Shown: one piece after another, positions 45,479 to 58,100 of the stretch
Numbering within the stretch: position 1 is the stretch's first letter
Layout: each line of letters begins with the position of its first letter
Translations under genes and position numbers: made by a program
Notes under the pieces: model-generated
The model's database searches: none
What the model was told of the DNA's origin: nothing
What the model saw: only the letters and a program-made list of their open reading frames with translations
Source of the DNA: Lentisphaerota bacterium
GTDB taxonomy: Bacteria > Verrucomicrobiota > Kiritimatiellia > UBA8416 > VGWJ01
Direction of reading: 5' to 3'
Length of the DNA: 64,000 nucleotides
Assembly: GCA_016873635.1 (NCBI GenBank)
Contig: VGWJ01000008.1
Location: forward strand, 6,078 to 70,077

Positions 45479-47235
45479 TCCAGCTTCAGGTGCAGCTCGC
45501 GCAGCTGGCGCTCCGAAACCGTGGAAGGCGCGTTCATCATCAGGTCCTGGGCCCGCTGGTTCATCGGGAAAGCGATCACCTCGCGGATGTTCGTCTCGCC
45601 CGCCAGCAGCATCACGATGCGGTCGATGCCCGGCGCGATGCCGCCGTGCGGCGGCGCGCCGTGCCGGAAGGCGCTGAGCATGAACCCGAAGCGCTCTTCC
45701 ACCTCGCCGCGCGAGTACCCGGCGATCTCGAACGCCTTGAGCATGATCTCCGGGCTGTGGTTGCGGATCGCGCCGCTCGACAGCTCCACGCCGTTGCACA
45801 CGATGTCGTACTGAAACGCCGTCACGCCGAGCGGGTCACCGCTTTCCAGCGCGGCCATCCCGCCCTGCGGCATGGAGAAGGGATTGTGCGAGAACGCGAT
45901 CCGGCCCAGGGTTTCGTCGAACTCGAACATCGGAAAGTCCACGACCCATCCGAAGCGGAACGCCTTCTTCTCGAAGAGATCCAGGTCGCGCGCGAGCCTG
46001 ACGCGCACGTCGCCGCCGATCGCCGCGGCCCGCGCCGGCGCGTCGGCCACGAAGAAAATGACGTCGCCGTCCCCCACCCCGCAGCGCGCGGCCAGGCCGG
46101 AGCGGTCCGCCTCCGACAGGAACTTGGCCAGCGGCCCCTTGACGCCGCCCCCGGACCACACCAGGTAGGCCAGCCCGCCCGCGCCGCGCTCCACGGCGAA
46201 CTCCACCATGCGGTCGAAGAAGCTGCGCGGGCGGTCGGCGATGCCGCGCACCGGTATGGCGCGCACCGCGCCGCTCTTTTCGACGACCGACCGGAAGGCG
46301 TTGAAACCCGATCCGCGGAACATCTCCGTGACGTCGGCCATCTCGATGGGAATGCGCAGGTCCGGCTTGTCCGTGCCGTACTTGACCATGGCTTCCCGGT
46401 AGGGAATGCGCCGGAACGGCGTCTCGTCCACCGTCCAGTCCGAGAATTCGCGGAACACGCCCGCGATAACGTCTTCGACCACGGCGAAGACGTCCTCCTG
46501 CGTCACGAACGACATCTCGATGTCCAGCTGGTAGAACTCGCCGGGCGAACGGTCGGCCCGGGCGTCCTCGTCGCGGAAACAGGGGGCCACCTGGAAGTAG
46601 CGGTCCATGCCGCCGATCATGAGCAGTTGCTTGAAGAGCTGCGGGGCCTGCGGCAGGGCGTAGAACTTGCCCGGATGGACGCGGCTGGGGACGAGGTAGT
46701 CCCGCGCGCCCTCCGGCGAGCTGCAGGTCAGGATGGGCGTCTGGAACTCGCGGAAGCCGTGCGCGGTCATGCGCCGGCGCAGGGAAGCCACGACGTCCGC
46801 GCGCAGCGCGATCTTGCGCTGCATCTCCTCGCGGCGCAGGTCGAGATAGCGGTATTTCAGGCGCAGGTCCTCGGGCCCCGGGTCGTCGCCGGCCAGGTAC
46901 AGGGGCAGCGGGTCGGCCGCGGATTCCACGGCGAGCTGCTCGGCCAGCAGCTCCACTTCGCCCGTGGGCAGCGACGGATTGACCGTGTCGGCCGAGCGGG
47001 GCTCAACCAGGCCGGTGACCGTGATCACGCTTTCCGGGCGCAGCCCGCGGCAGGTCTCGAAGAAATCCCGGTCGGGCTGGACCACGACCTGCGTAATGCC
47101 GTAGTGGTCGCGCAGATCGATAAACAGCAGGCTGCCGTGGTCGCGCTTGCGGAACACCCAGCCCGAAAGCCTGGACTTCCGGCCGGCATGTCCGGCGCGC
47201 AATTCGCCGCAGGTATGGCTTCGAAAGGGATGCAT
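45445..47235 (-). CDS. aspS: aspartyl-tRNA synthetase
   Basis: [16 protein letters not shown] (AspRS LFIDLRDREGIVQVV), class IIb motifs. 596 aa. Confidence 0.9.
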   Translation of the reverse strand: MHPFRSHTCGELRAGHAGRKSRLSGWVFRKRDHGSLLFIDLRDHYGITQVVVQPDRDFFETCRGLRPESVITVTGLVEPRSADTVNPSLPTGEVELLAEQLAVESAADPLPLYLAGDDPGPEDLRLKYRYLDLRREEMQRKIALRADVVASLRRRMTAHGFREFQTPILTCSSPEGARDYLVPSRVHPGKFYALPQAPQLFKQLLMIGGMDRYFQVAPCFRDEDARADRSPGEFYQLDIEMSFVTQEDVFAVVEDVIAGVFREFSDWTVDETPFRRIPYREAMVKYGTDKPDLRIPIEMADVTEMFRGSGFNAFRSVVEKSGAVRAIPVRGIADRPRSFFDRMVEFAVERGAGGLAYLVWSGGGVKGPLAKFLSEADRSGLAARCGVGDGDVIFFVADAPARAAAIGGDVRVRLARDLDLFEKKAFRFGWVVDFPMFEFDETLGRIAFSHNPFSMPQGGMAALESGDPLGVTAFQYDIVCNGVELSSGAIRNHSPEIMLKAFEIAGYSRGEVEERFGFMLSAFRHGAPPHGGIAPGIDRIVMLLAGETNIREVIAFPMNQRAQDLMMNAPSTVSERQLRELHLKLDLIRDSGREGM

Positions 47236-47238
47236 GGT

Positions 47239-48192
47239 TCAGTCCTTGATAACCACCGGGGTTCCCCGCGGGACAAACGTGAACAGCTCTTCCACGTCGC
47301 CGTTGCGCATGCGCACGCACCCCGCGCTTTCCGACTTGCCGATGGAGGCGTCGTCCCAGGTGCCGTGGATCCCGTAGCCCCGCGCATCCGCCGTGCCGCC
47401 CGTGGCGCGCAGGCTCATCCAGCGCGTGCCCAGGATGTTGTCGGGATGGCCGAAAGGCACTTCCCGCCCCTCCGGCCACCATGTCGGGTTCTTCTCCTTG
47501 TCCACGATCTGGAACGTTCCCACGGGCGTCTTGCCGTCTTTGCCGCTGCCGATCGGGTAGCGCTTGAAGAACGCGCCGTTGAGGGTGACCAGCATGTCGT
47601 TCCGCGCGCGGCTGACGCCGAGCTCGAACTTCCCGCTGAGCACCCGCAGCGACTGTCCCATTCTGATCATGTTCGCGTTCGCGATCCCGTTGCCCTTCTG
47701 GATCAGTTCGCTGGTCGTCCCGTAGCGCCCGGCGATCGCATCCAGCGACTCGCCGCGCTGCACCGTGTGCGTGACTTTCTCCGGCATGGCATGCGGTCCG
47801 GATATGAGCTCCACGTTCACTTTGCCCAGGCGCCGCTCGATCTCCGCCGCGTTCCCCGCCGCGCCCGCCGCCAGGGCCGCCAGGTAGCAGCGCCGCGCCT
47901 CAGGCAGATTGCCCGCCGCCTCGTGCGCGCGCCCCTGATCGAGCAGCCGGCCGGAGCTCTCCGGCTTCGCGGGCGCGGCCGGCGCCGGCGGGGGGGGCGC
48001 CTGTCGGGGTGCGGGCGAAGAGGCGGAAATCGCGGCGGGGGCGGACGTCTCCCGGGTTTCCGCCGGGACCGGCGGGCGTTGCGGCCGCTGGCGATACCAG
48101 TACACGGCGGCCCCGGCCGCGAGCAGCACGGCCACAAGAATCCACGGCCTGCGCGAGGGCTCCTTGAAGCTGTCCAGATCCCCCGAGCGCAT
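47239..48192 (-). CDS. L,D-transpeptidase (YkuD domain) with LysM domain and N-terminal membrane anchor
   Basis: LysM HTVQRGESLDAIAGRYGTT. YkuD catalytic YGIHGTWDDASIGKSESAGCVRM. Confidence 0.85.
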   Translation of the reverse strand: MRSGDLDSFKEPSRRPWILVAVLLAAGAAVYWYRQRPQRPPVPAETRETSAPAAISASSPAPRQAPPPPAPAAPAKPESSGRLLDQGRAHEAAGNLPEARRCYLAALAAGAAGNAAEIERRLGKVNVELISGPHAMPEKVTHTVQRGESLDAIAGRYGTTSELIQKGNGIANANMIRMGQSLRVLSGKFELGVSRARNDMLVTLNGAFFKRYPIGSGKDGKTPVGTFQIVDKEKNPTWWPEGREVPFGHPDNILGTRWMSLRATGGTADARGYGIHGTWDDASIGKSESAGCVRMRNGDVEELFTFVPRGTPVVIKD

Positions 48193-48195
48193 TGT

Positions 48196-49053
48196 TTACT
48201 GCGTGACCGGTTGCGTGGATGTGGTCGTGGGCTCCGGCGCCGGTTGCGCCGTTGTCACGGTGAGCGCCGTGCCGTGCGACCAGCCGCGAACCTGGCGAAC
48301 CGACCCGCCCTGGATCCAGTTGCCCTCGAGAACAAACATCGTCCCCGATTCGTCGATGGAATACTCCCGCGAATAGCTCTCGGAACGCGTGCGCGTTTCC
48401 GTTTCCGAGTCGGTCCTGTTCTGCGTATCGGTCTCGCTTTCCGTGGACGTTCCGGAAGAGGTGGTGGTCGTCGTCACGGTCGTGTCGCCCCGCGTCGTTT
48501 CCGTGACGACGGTTGTCGTGGCGTCATCCGTTGTCGTCTCGTCGCCGGTTTCGCCCTTGGTCGAATCCTCGCTTTGGGTATCGTCCCTGGTGTGCGAGAT
48601 CGCAAGCGTCTCGCCCTCGACGTCCCTGACCGCCACGGCGCGCACGATGCCGATGAAGCGCACGTCGCCGCCCTCGAAGGACACCTGGGCCTGCAGGATA
48701 TCGGCGCCGGCCGGATATTTGCCGCTCACATCCGGCGATCCGATGACGCCGGGCGAGCCGACCGTTCCCAGATAGTAGTTGTTCGCGTTGTCCAGCACCT
48801 CGATCGTGTTGCCCGTCTGCGTGACGATCAGGCGCGTGATGCCCGTCCCGCACACTACGGCGCCGTCGCCGCCGCACGCGCCGCCGCCCGAGAGCTTCTC
48901 GGGCTTGAATTCCGTATATATGCCCGAGAAGTTCACGGATGCGCCGCCGCCGTGGCTGGTGTTGAAGCTGTCGGCCTGTTCCCATTCGCACCCGGCCGCC
49001 AGCGCCAGGGCCGTCAATGCCGTCGTGAAAATCCGCCGTCCTGCAGTTCTCAT
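48196..49053 (-). CDS. lipoprotein with Thr/Glu/Asp-rich low-complexity C-terminal half
   Basis: Signal + lipobox LALAAGC, GGAGG RBS. TTTDDATTTVVTETTRGDTTVTTTTTSSGTSTESETD. Confidence 0.65.
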   Translation of the reverse strand: MRTAGRRIFTTALTALALAAGCEWEQADSFNTSHGGGASVNFSGIYTEFKPEKLSGGGACGGDGAVVCGTGITRLIVTQTGNTIEVLDNANNYYLGTVGSPGVIGSPDVSGKYPAGADILQAQVSFEGGDVRFIGIVRAVAVRDVEGETLAISHTRDDTQSEDSTKGETGDETTTDDATTTVVTETTRGDTTVTTTTTSSGTSTESETDTQNRTDSETETRTRSESYSREYSIDESGTMFVLEGNWIQGGSVRQVRGWSHGTALTVTTAQPAPEPTTTSTQPVTQ

Positions 49054-49196
49054 TGCTCTGCCTCCATGCCCTCGGCCGGACCTCAAACCCGTATCCGGCC
49101 CGCAATCCCGTTCCCCGCCTCCCCGCGATCGGGGGGCGCGGGCCATCTTTGTACGCCCGTCTCCGGCCGCATTCAAGCGCCAAAGCGCGCCCCGCG

Positions 49197-52100
49197 CTAC
49201 AGTCCGTTCATCCCCTTGAATACTATCCGATACATCCGGGCGGGCTCAATCTCGGAATCCCAGTCCACGTAGCCGGCCGTTTCGTCTTCGGCGATCACCG
49301 TGGCGATCGGCGTCCAGGCATCCGCCGTCGGCAGCGACTGGGGCGTCGCGCACTGCACTTCGTAGATCCCGCCAACCATGGCGTTCCACGAGATCAGGGC
49401 CGGACTGTTGATCGAGATGCCCAGCACGATCTCGTTCACGGTCAACGCGGGGAGCCTGACGCGCCACGTTCCGTCGCCCGACGGAACCAGGCCCACCGGC
49501 CAGCTCCCGTCGCCCGTGGCCACGCGGTACTCGCCCGCCGGCAGCAGCTCGAAGACGTACACGCCGTTGTTCGGCGTGTAGCGCTGCATCAGGTTGGTGC
49601 CTACCGCGCCCAGCAGGTAGACGTCGCCGGCGTCCAGGTAGGTCCCCGAGATCTCGCCGCCCTGCATGATGGCCACGTCGTCGATGTACCATCCGCCGGC
49701 GCGGCCCTGCCCGTCGGAGGTCAGCATGAACTTCAGGTAGACGTTGGTTTCCGTCACGGTGATAGGGGCGATCACGCGCCGCCATTCGCCCGTGGTGTTC
49801 GCGAAGCTGTTGCGCCGCGACACGATGGTGATCGGCGGCCGCGGCGGCGCGGTTCCGCCCGTGCGCTGCAGGATATCGGCCTGCGTGCCGGGACGCACCA
49901 TCTCGACCGATACCCAGTCGTTGTCGTCCGCCAGGTCAAGCCACTCGTGGAACACCAGGAACCAGCGGTTCGTGTTGGGTATGGGCGAGGAATCCGGCAG
50001 CCACCTGTAGGTGTAGCTCGGAGGCACGTCGAAACTCAGCAGCGGCGAGTAGAGATCCATGATCGCGTTGTTCTCGTACGAGCCGTCCAGGTCGGTCCCG
50101 TAGCACCACCGTCCCGAGTGGGCTTTCCGCGGCGCCATGTTGTCGCCCGTTCCCGCGGGGGAGCCGAGCTCCCATTCGTCGCGCGGATCGTCGGGCGGGA
50201 AAGCCCCGAACCGGTGCCACCACAGCTCGATCGACTGCGCATATATGCCCTGGAACCCGGTCTCGATCCACTCGTTCGGCGGCGTGGGCGGCGGCGTGCG
50301 GCGGCCCTCTCCGGGATGCCCGGCGTAGATGGCCTCAAAAAACTCGGCGTTAATGCCCGTGTGCGGGTGATAGGCCGACTCGAAGTCCGCGATGAAGTTG
50401 AGCCGCATTGGCCCAGCTCCGGGAACATACGTCATCCCGCCCAGCTTCCGGTAGTTGTACGGAACCTTCTCCGGGGCCGTGGTGTTCATGGCCGCGCTGG
50501 CGATGACCAGGCCGTTGGCGCGCGGGTCCCGTCCCGCGGCCGGTCCGCCCAGCGCCATTTCCTTGCCGTCCTCAACCCAGTCGCCGTCCGTGTCCTCGGC
50601 CGTCGGCAGCGTCCCGCAGCGGCCGCCGAACATCAGCATGACCGGGGGGCCGCCGTAGTCGTCGCCCACGAACGGGTAGGCCCGGGCCACCGGCGACGGG
50701 CGCAGGTTGAAGGGATGCGCCATTTCGCCGCTGGGTTCCGTCAGGATCCACCGCCATCCGTCGGAAACCACCGCGCTGATCTCGTTGGTGTCGCCCACGT
50801 AGGCCACGCCGGCTTCCTGCAGGATCCAGGTGTCGTTGAAATAGCGCTTGCCGTCGGTCCCGCCGAACACGGCCGGAATCCCGCCGGCATATGTTCCGAA
50901 GGCCATGCCTCCGCGCGGCGGCGGCTTGTCGATGGTGTAGACCGGCGGAATGCGACCGGTGTCGGCGAAGACGTCGATCTGGGTCCAGTCGAAGCCGTCC
51001 CAGTGCCACAGGTCGTTGAGCGGCTTGTTGTTCCGGTCGAACCCGCCGAATACGAGCATGCCCGTGGCCCCTTCCGCCATGCCGTGGCCCCAGCGCGCCG
51101 GCGGCCGGTGCAGGGGGTAGATCTGGGTCCAGCTAAGCGCGGTCGCCGAAACCCAGGTGTCGTCCAGGACGCGGTTGCCGTCCACGCCGCCGAACAGGGT
51201 CCACAGCTCGTTGAAGTTGTCGTATTCCATGGCCGCGGACTTGCGCCGGTGCGGCGTGGGCAGAGGGAAGAGCGGAACCCAGATCTCGCTGGCCGGCCGC
51301 CACCAGCGCGGCTCCGCGATGGTGATGCGCAGCCGCGCGGAGTCGTGCCAGAAGCTCAGGACGCCGGGCGAATTGGTCAGGCCCACGAAAACGAAGCCCA
51401 TGTTTCCGCCCAGCTCCCATTCCGCGGGGGGCGGCGCGCTGCCGTCCACGGCTTCGAACATCTCGCGCACGGCCGCGGTCACGTCGATGAACACCGCATC
51501 GCCGACTTCCGCGGGCGGAATGGTCACCACGACGGACGTCGTGTTGAATACCCATTCCGGATCGAGCGGCTTGGTGATGTACCGCACGCACGGCGGGTTG
51601 GTGGCGTAGTCGGTCGGCGAGGTCAGCAGCGCATGCTCCTGCGGCTCCTCCGCGGACACGCCCTTCTCGTCCCGGCTGAGTTCGCCGACGACCAGAACTT
51701 CGAACTCGTTGGTGCGCCGCGTCGCGGCCGTCAGTTGCAGGACCGCGATGACGCTGTCCGGCGAGGCGTAGTCGTACCGCGTATTCAGCACGGGGCCGAT
51801 GTTGACGCCGGTGTAGTAGACGTCGTTGGAGGCCGGACCGGCGGCGCCCAGCATGACGCGCTGATTCGCCGAGACCGGAATGATCGGCAGGGCCAGGCGG
51901 TTGGTCTGGTAGGCATCGGCCCGCGAGCCCCACTGGTAGACGATCTCGGTGGTGTCGTCGCGCGGAATGTAGTAGGGGTTGTAGTGCAATCTCACCGAGC
52001 CCCCCTGGTAGTCTTCCGCGTAGTCGTGCGGCAGCCCGCCCTCGTACGCGTATTTCGGGCCCAGCGTATCGTCCAGATGCCATCCCGTGATGAACGAGGT

Positions 52101-55100
52101 CCGGCTGCTGTTGTCTCTGCCCGCTTCGCCCCAGATGGCCAGCGGTTCGGTGCCCTGGTCGCCGTCATAGTACAGGTATCCCGGCATCGAGCCGGGGCGG
52201 GGCCGGCCCACCAGGTCCACGGGGGCCGGTGACCGACCGTACCCGATCCCGGAGTTCAGCTCCAGCCGCGACGCCACCATGATGCCGTCCGACGCCGTCG
52301 GCAGGGCGCGGAATCCGTAGGCCAGGCCCTCGAGCACGCCGACCCGCTGCAGGTCCCACATCGCAAGCTGCTTGATCTCCCAGATTTCGTCGAAGAACTC
52401 CGCGCCGTCGCGGCCGCCGAAGATCATGAAAGTGTTGCAGCCGAGCAGGTGCTGGTCCCTGACGGCGTTGCCGTAGACCAGGCCGCCGACGTACGTGCCG
52501 GGCCCGCCCCGGCCGTCGTCGTCGATGATGTTGAATACGGACTGGCCCGCGCCGCCGCCCCAGCGCCGCGACGGGGTCATGGCATTCGTGCTTGTGATCG
52601 GCGAGATCAGGCTCGGGTCCTGGCCGTCCACCCTGTCGTTATGGAAGACGAACCGGTCGAAGCGCATGCCGTACGAGCGCCCTGAGATCGAGATCGTGTG
52701 CACCCCCTCGGTGAGGGGCACGATCACGTCCATGAGATAGCCGCGCGGCCGGTCGGCCGTGGCCCCGTACACCTGCCTGGTGTACCAGTTCCAGGCCCCG
52801 CCGCGACCGCCGCCGCCGTCCGGGGTGTCGGAAGTCAGCTTGCGCCACTGGCCGCTGTCGACCCGCAGCCAGTAGCTGTGATTATCGTAAGGGTCGTAGG
52901 GGTCGACGAATCCCATGTCGTAATAGGTGCGCGCGATGAACCGGTAGGCCCCCGCCTGTTCCACGTTGATGCGGTACAGCAGAAGTTGATCCGGGTCGTC
53001 GGGAACGTCGAACGGAGACGGCGCGCCGTCTAAGAACGGCGCGCTGGCGAAGCCGTGGTATTCCAGGTACGTCGTCGGACCGTCCGTGCCCTGGCTCCAC
53101 AGCGTCGGAATGATGCGGTTCTTCACCGCCTCGCCCGGGTTGTCGTAGGGCACGTTTTCGAACTCGACCACGACGTAGCCGTTGCCCGCTTCGTCGTACG
53201 TATCGGCATAGAGGACGTCCCGGTCGGGGAAGATCCTCACCCAGGCCGTCAGGCCGCCGATCGGCCGCACCAGGGCCCACAAGTCGTTCAGGGCCCGGTC
53301 CAGGTGGTCGGGCGAACCGAGGAACGTGTTGACTTCGCGCAGTTCGGCGCCGGGCAGCTCGCCGTCGTAGATGCCGTCGCCGTCCGTGTCCTGGTCCACG
53401 GGATGGGTGCGGTGCAGCTTGATTTCCTCGCCGTCGACCAGGGTGTCTTCGTCCGTGTCGGGATACCACGGGTGCAGGCTGCCCACAATGGCGTTCGGAT
53501 TCGCGTCCGCATCGAGCACGAAGCGGTAGTTGTACTCGTTGATGTTCTCCACGCCGTCCTCGTCGAGGTCGTTGTACCGCCACAGCGCCCAGTAGCGCAG
53601 GACTTCCCCGAGACCCAGCTCCTCGGGGGCGGGAATCGGGTCGCGCGGATGCAGCCCGTGCCACGCCTCCCAGCCGTCGGGCATGCCGTCGCCGTCCGAG
53701 TCGGCGTTGAACGGCTCGGTGGGATAGTCCCAGATGATCTCGACGCTCACGTAGCCCACGACGGGCGATTCGAGCACGCCCGGCCCCGGCGGCGAAGCGA
53801 TCGGGTGATAGAGGTGGAACCGGTCATACGAGGCGTTGGTCAGCCCGCCGCGGATCTCGATCGTGTGCCGGCCGGGGAGCAGAGTATAGGTGTTGGGCAC
53901 CGGAACGCCGTTCGTATACTGCGCCGTGGTGTAGACCCAGGACGTGACCGAGCCCGACGACACGGTCCAACGCCACTCGCTGTCGGGGCCGTCCACGCGC
54001 ACCCAGCAGGCGTTCTCCACGCCGGGGTTGGCGTTCTGGTGCCGATGCCGCAGTTGGAACGTGTACGTGCCGGCCAGGCGCGTATCGATATAGTACGGGT
54101 TGTTGACAAACGGCACGTAGGGCTCGGCGGTAACGGAAGGGCCGCGGTAGGTCCGATAGGCCGTGCCGCGGTAGTCGGGATACGCGGTTTCGGTCTGCCA
54201 CGAGTCCCACTGCGGGATGGATTCCATTTCCACGACCACGACTCCGCCCGTCTCACCGAACACCGGAATCTCGCCCAGGAACATGCCGGGCGTCAGGCCG
54301 AGGCGGCCGTCGCGCACGAGCCATTCCTCGTAGTTGGTCAGGCCGTCGCCGTCCGGATCCTCGTCCGCGTCCTCGGGGTCGGAGGGATTGAGCCGCAGCC
54401 CGACGGGACGGATGTTGCCCATGGCGTCCATGACTTCGAAACCGTCGGGCATGCCGTCGCCGTCGGTGTCCCAGTCCGTGGGGCCGTCCACGAAGCCGTC
54501 CTGGTCCATGTCCCCGCCGTTCCAGTCGGGGAAGAAGCCGCGATCGAGGCCGTTGCCCGCGTCAAGGTCGGTGTCGACCACTTCCTGGCCGTCCATCAGG
54601 CCGTCCAGGTCGGTGTCCTGGAGGGTGGGGTCGGTCCAGTAGACGTAGACTTCCAGGCCGTCCTGGATCATGTCCATGTCCGTGTCCGGATTGCGCGGAT
54701 CGGTGTCGGACTGCCATTCCTCCAGGTTGGGCAGGGTGTCGCCGTCGGGATCGTCGTGGGCGTCCGCCGGATTGCGCGGATCGAGCGAGAACTGACGCTC
54801 CCAACCGTCGGGCATGTGGTCCTTGTCGGTGTCCTGGTCGTCGGGCCGGGTCCAGTCGTTGGTGTTGGCCGTCTCGTCCGCGCCCTCGAACTCCCTGATA
54901 TTGACCAGCCCGTCAAAGTCCGGATCCGATTCGCGCTCGCCGCGGTTGAGCGGGTTGAGGCCGACGTCGCTGTACTCGACGATGGGCGGGTCGGCGCCGA
55001 ATATGTTGGTGCGCGGGATCCCGACCGTACGATAGCTGAACCAGTGCTCCCAGCCGTCCCACATGCCGTCGCCGTCGCTGTCGGCGCGGTTGGGGTAGGT

Positions 55101-58100
55101 ATCCCCGAAGACAATCGTGCCGGGCAGGTAGGATGCGTCGGGGATGGCCTCAGACGGGCCGAAGGTCGGCAGCGAGTAGAACACGATCGGCGTGTCGAAG
55201 CGGTCGTGCATCCACATCACGCCGGTCGGCATGACCTGGTCGCCCTGGATCGAGAGGCGCACGTTGCCCGGCGTGAAATCGCCCGTCACCGGGAAGGCGG
55301 AGACGCCTTCCAGGAACCGGCCCCGGAACCAGACCCCGATGCCGGAGTCCGGCAGCGTGGCGTTGGTGGCCAGCGTGCTTATGGCGTAGGTGTTGGTCCG
55401 GTAGTCGTAGTTCAGTTCCTCGCCGTCGGTCAGCTCGTCGTCGTCCGTGTCCGGATCGAACAGGCCCATGCGCACGCCGTGCTGCAGGAACGCCTCCCAT
55501 TCCACGATGCTGGCCAGGCCGTCGCCGTCGGGATCGTCGCGGCCGCTGTACTTGAAGACGTTGGTGTAGCTTTCCATCTCGAGCGCGTCGCCCACGTCGT
55601 CGTAGTCGCCGTCCGCTTCGTGCATCCGGTAGATCACCTGGGGCGTGCCGCCGGTGTAGACGCCCACCGCCTGCGGGGCGCCGTAGCGGTAGCCGTCCTT
55701 GTTGCACGTGACCCAGTGCGCGCCGATCACGAGGTTGGAGACCGTCACCGGCGTGCCCAGGTACGGGCCGACCACTTCGTTGGAGGCCAGCGGCAGGCCG
55801 TCCAGGTACACCGTGGCGTTGGTGATCTCGTTGCCGAACACGTCCTGGGCCCGGACCAGGAGCCGGCCCAGCGAGGCCTCGGTCTCGGAGGCCGGGAACC
55901 AGACGATGCCGCGCTCGGTCACGGGGATGGTGATTTCCTTGGGCGCCACCCGCCGGTCCGTCGCGTTGCTGGCGACCAGGTGAACGAGGTGATCGCCCGT
56001 GAGCACGTCGAACCGCACGGGATGGAAGTTGCCCGGCGTCGCCACGCCCGTGTCGGCGCCGTCCAGCCAGATGCGGTAGCCGCCCACCTCGGCGCGCACG
56101 TCGAGCTGCACGGGCGCCTGGTTGGTGCGCAGCGTGACGACGGACATCTCGCCGCCGCGCACGGGCAGCTTCACGCGCGAGACCAGCGGCATGTCCGGCC
56201 AGCCCGGACGGAACCAGAGCTGGTGGTCGCCCGGCGAGGCGTTGTCGATGAGGGCCGGCGCGACGGGGTTGCTGTAGTAGTCGGGCTCCGGCCAGTTCTT
56301 GCCGCCGGCCAGGTTCGTGGTCGTGTAGGCCCGCCAGTGGTCGTTGGAACCGCCCGGCGCGTTGGTGCCGCCGTCCCACACGAACGCGTTGGTTACGTAT
56401 TGCCCGACGTACACGCGGGTCGGCCGGTTGGTGAACAGCACCCCGATGCGCCCCAGGTTCGCGCCGCCGCCGATCTCGAAGTCGGCGCGCTGGAAGGCCC
56501 TGTGGTCCAGAAGCGCGAGGCGGCCGTTGGTCGCCTCGCTGAGGTTGTAGACTCCGGCGTTGATTTGCTGTCCGAACGCCTCCCAGAAGTTGGCGTTGGT
56601 GTAGAGCACGCCGTTCCAGAACTCCGGCCGGAACCCGGAAGCCTCGGCCTTGACCTGGTAATGCCCCAGCGGCAACCCTTCGATGCGGTAGCGGCCGGAC
56701 TTGTCCGCCACGCCGAAGGCGAACACCGCGCCGGGGTATTCGTAGGCGTGGCCGTGCACGACGTTGGTCATCGTGCGGCCGATGGCCATCACGCGGGCAT
56801 CCCGGATCGGCGCGCCGTTGAGGTCGCGCACGAAGCCTTCGACGTACGTGCCGGCGTAGACCTTGATGTCGTCGACCCACCAGCCGCGGAACTGGTTGTT
56901 GATGGTGTTCTCGCACTCGAACTTGAACATCAACTGGACGTTCGTGCCGAGAGAAAGCTCCGGCGCGGACAGGTCGGCCACGCGATGCACCCATCCGGAG
57001 CTTACGCCGGAGACGTCGGGCCGCACCGCGAGCCAGGTGTCGCGCGTCAGCTCCGAACGGGCGAAGACTTCGCACATGTCCCATCCGGCCTCGGTTTCGT
57101 AGTACTCGTTCCAGGAGACGTACAGGTTGACCACGCGGTTCGAGTTCGCGTTGAAGACCGGCGACACGAGTTCGCCCCTGACCCACTGTCCCTTCTGGAA
57201 ATAGGTCGCGTTGAAGTTCGTGCCGTCCGCCACGTCGTTGGCGAAACGGAACGCGTGGTTCGTGCTGTGCTTGTACAGGACGTCGATCGGATACGCCGCG
57301 CCCGCCGGCGGGACCTGGGACCTGGGCTCGGTGCGCGTGCGATGCCACATGCTCCGGTACACGGACGTCAGCCAGTTCGTATGGGAGGGCGTCTCGCAGT
57401 CCTCGATCATGGGCCGGCCGCTGAGGTCGGGGAGGATGAACACGACCGGGTTGTTCGTGCCGACGTTGTTATAGCCGAGCTGCCACTCCATGCCGTCCGC
57501 AATGTCGTTGTCGTTGCCGTCCTGGTCGAGCGGATTGCCGTTCGCCGCCAGCTCCATGCTGTCGTCCAGGCCGTCCCCGTCGGTATCGGAGCTCCGGGGA
57601 TGCGTGCCGAACACGAGGACTTCATCGCCGTCGGAGACGCCGTCCAGGTCCGTATCCGTGAAATTCGGGTCCGTGCCGTAGGCATGCTCCTGCCAGTTGG
57701 TCAGTCCGTCGCCGTCCAGGTCGCCGTAGCGGTCGGCCGGATTGCCGGGATCGAGCTGGTTGAAGGTTTCGTAGGCGTCGCCCATGCCGTCGCGGTCGCT
57801 GTCGCCGCGGGTCGGGTCGAGCCACCAGTTCGTGGGGTTGGCCCCGGCGGCAACGCTCCACTTGCCGGTGCCGGTGTGGTCGCGCCAGTAGGCGAATTCC
57901 TCGATATTGAGCAAGCCGTCGCCCTCGAGGTCGGAGTACGGCTTCTGGGCGGCCTTGCCGTCGGCCGCGTTGGTCGTGGACAGGTTGTCCGTCCCGTTGT
58001 CGAACGGGTTCATGGTCAGCGCGTTGGTGTGGGTCTGGTAGCCGGGATTGGCGCCCTGGTACAGCGCCACCAGCGGCGACACGGCGCCGTTGTTGGTGGA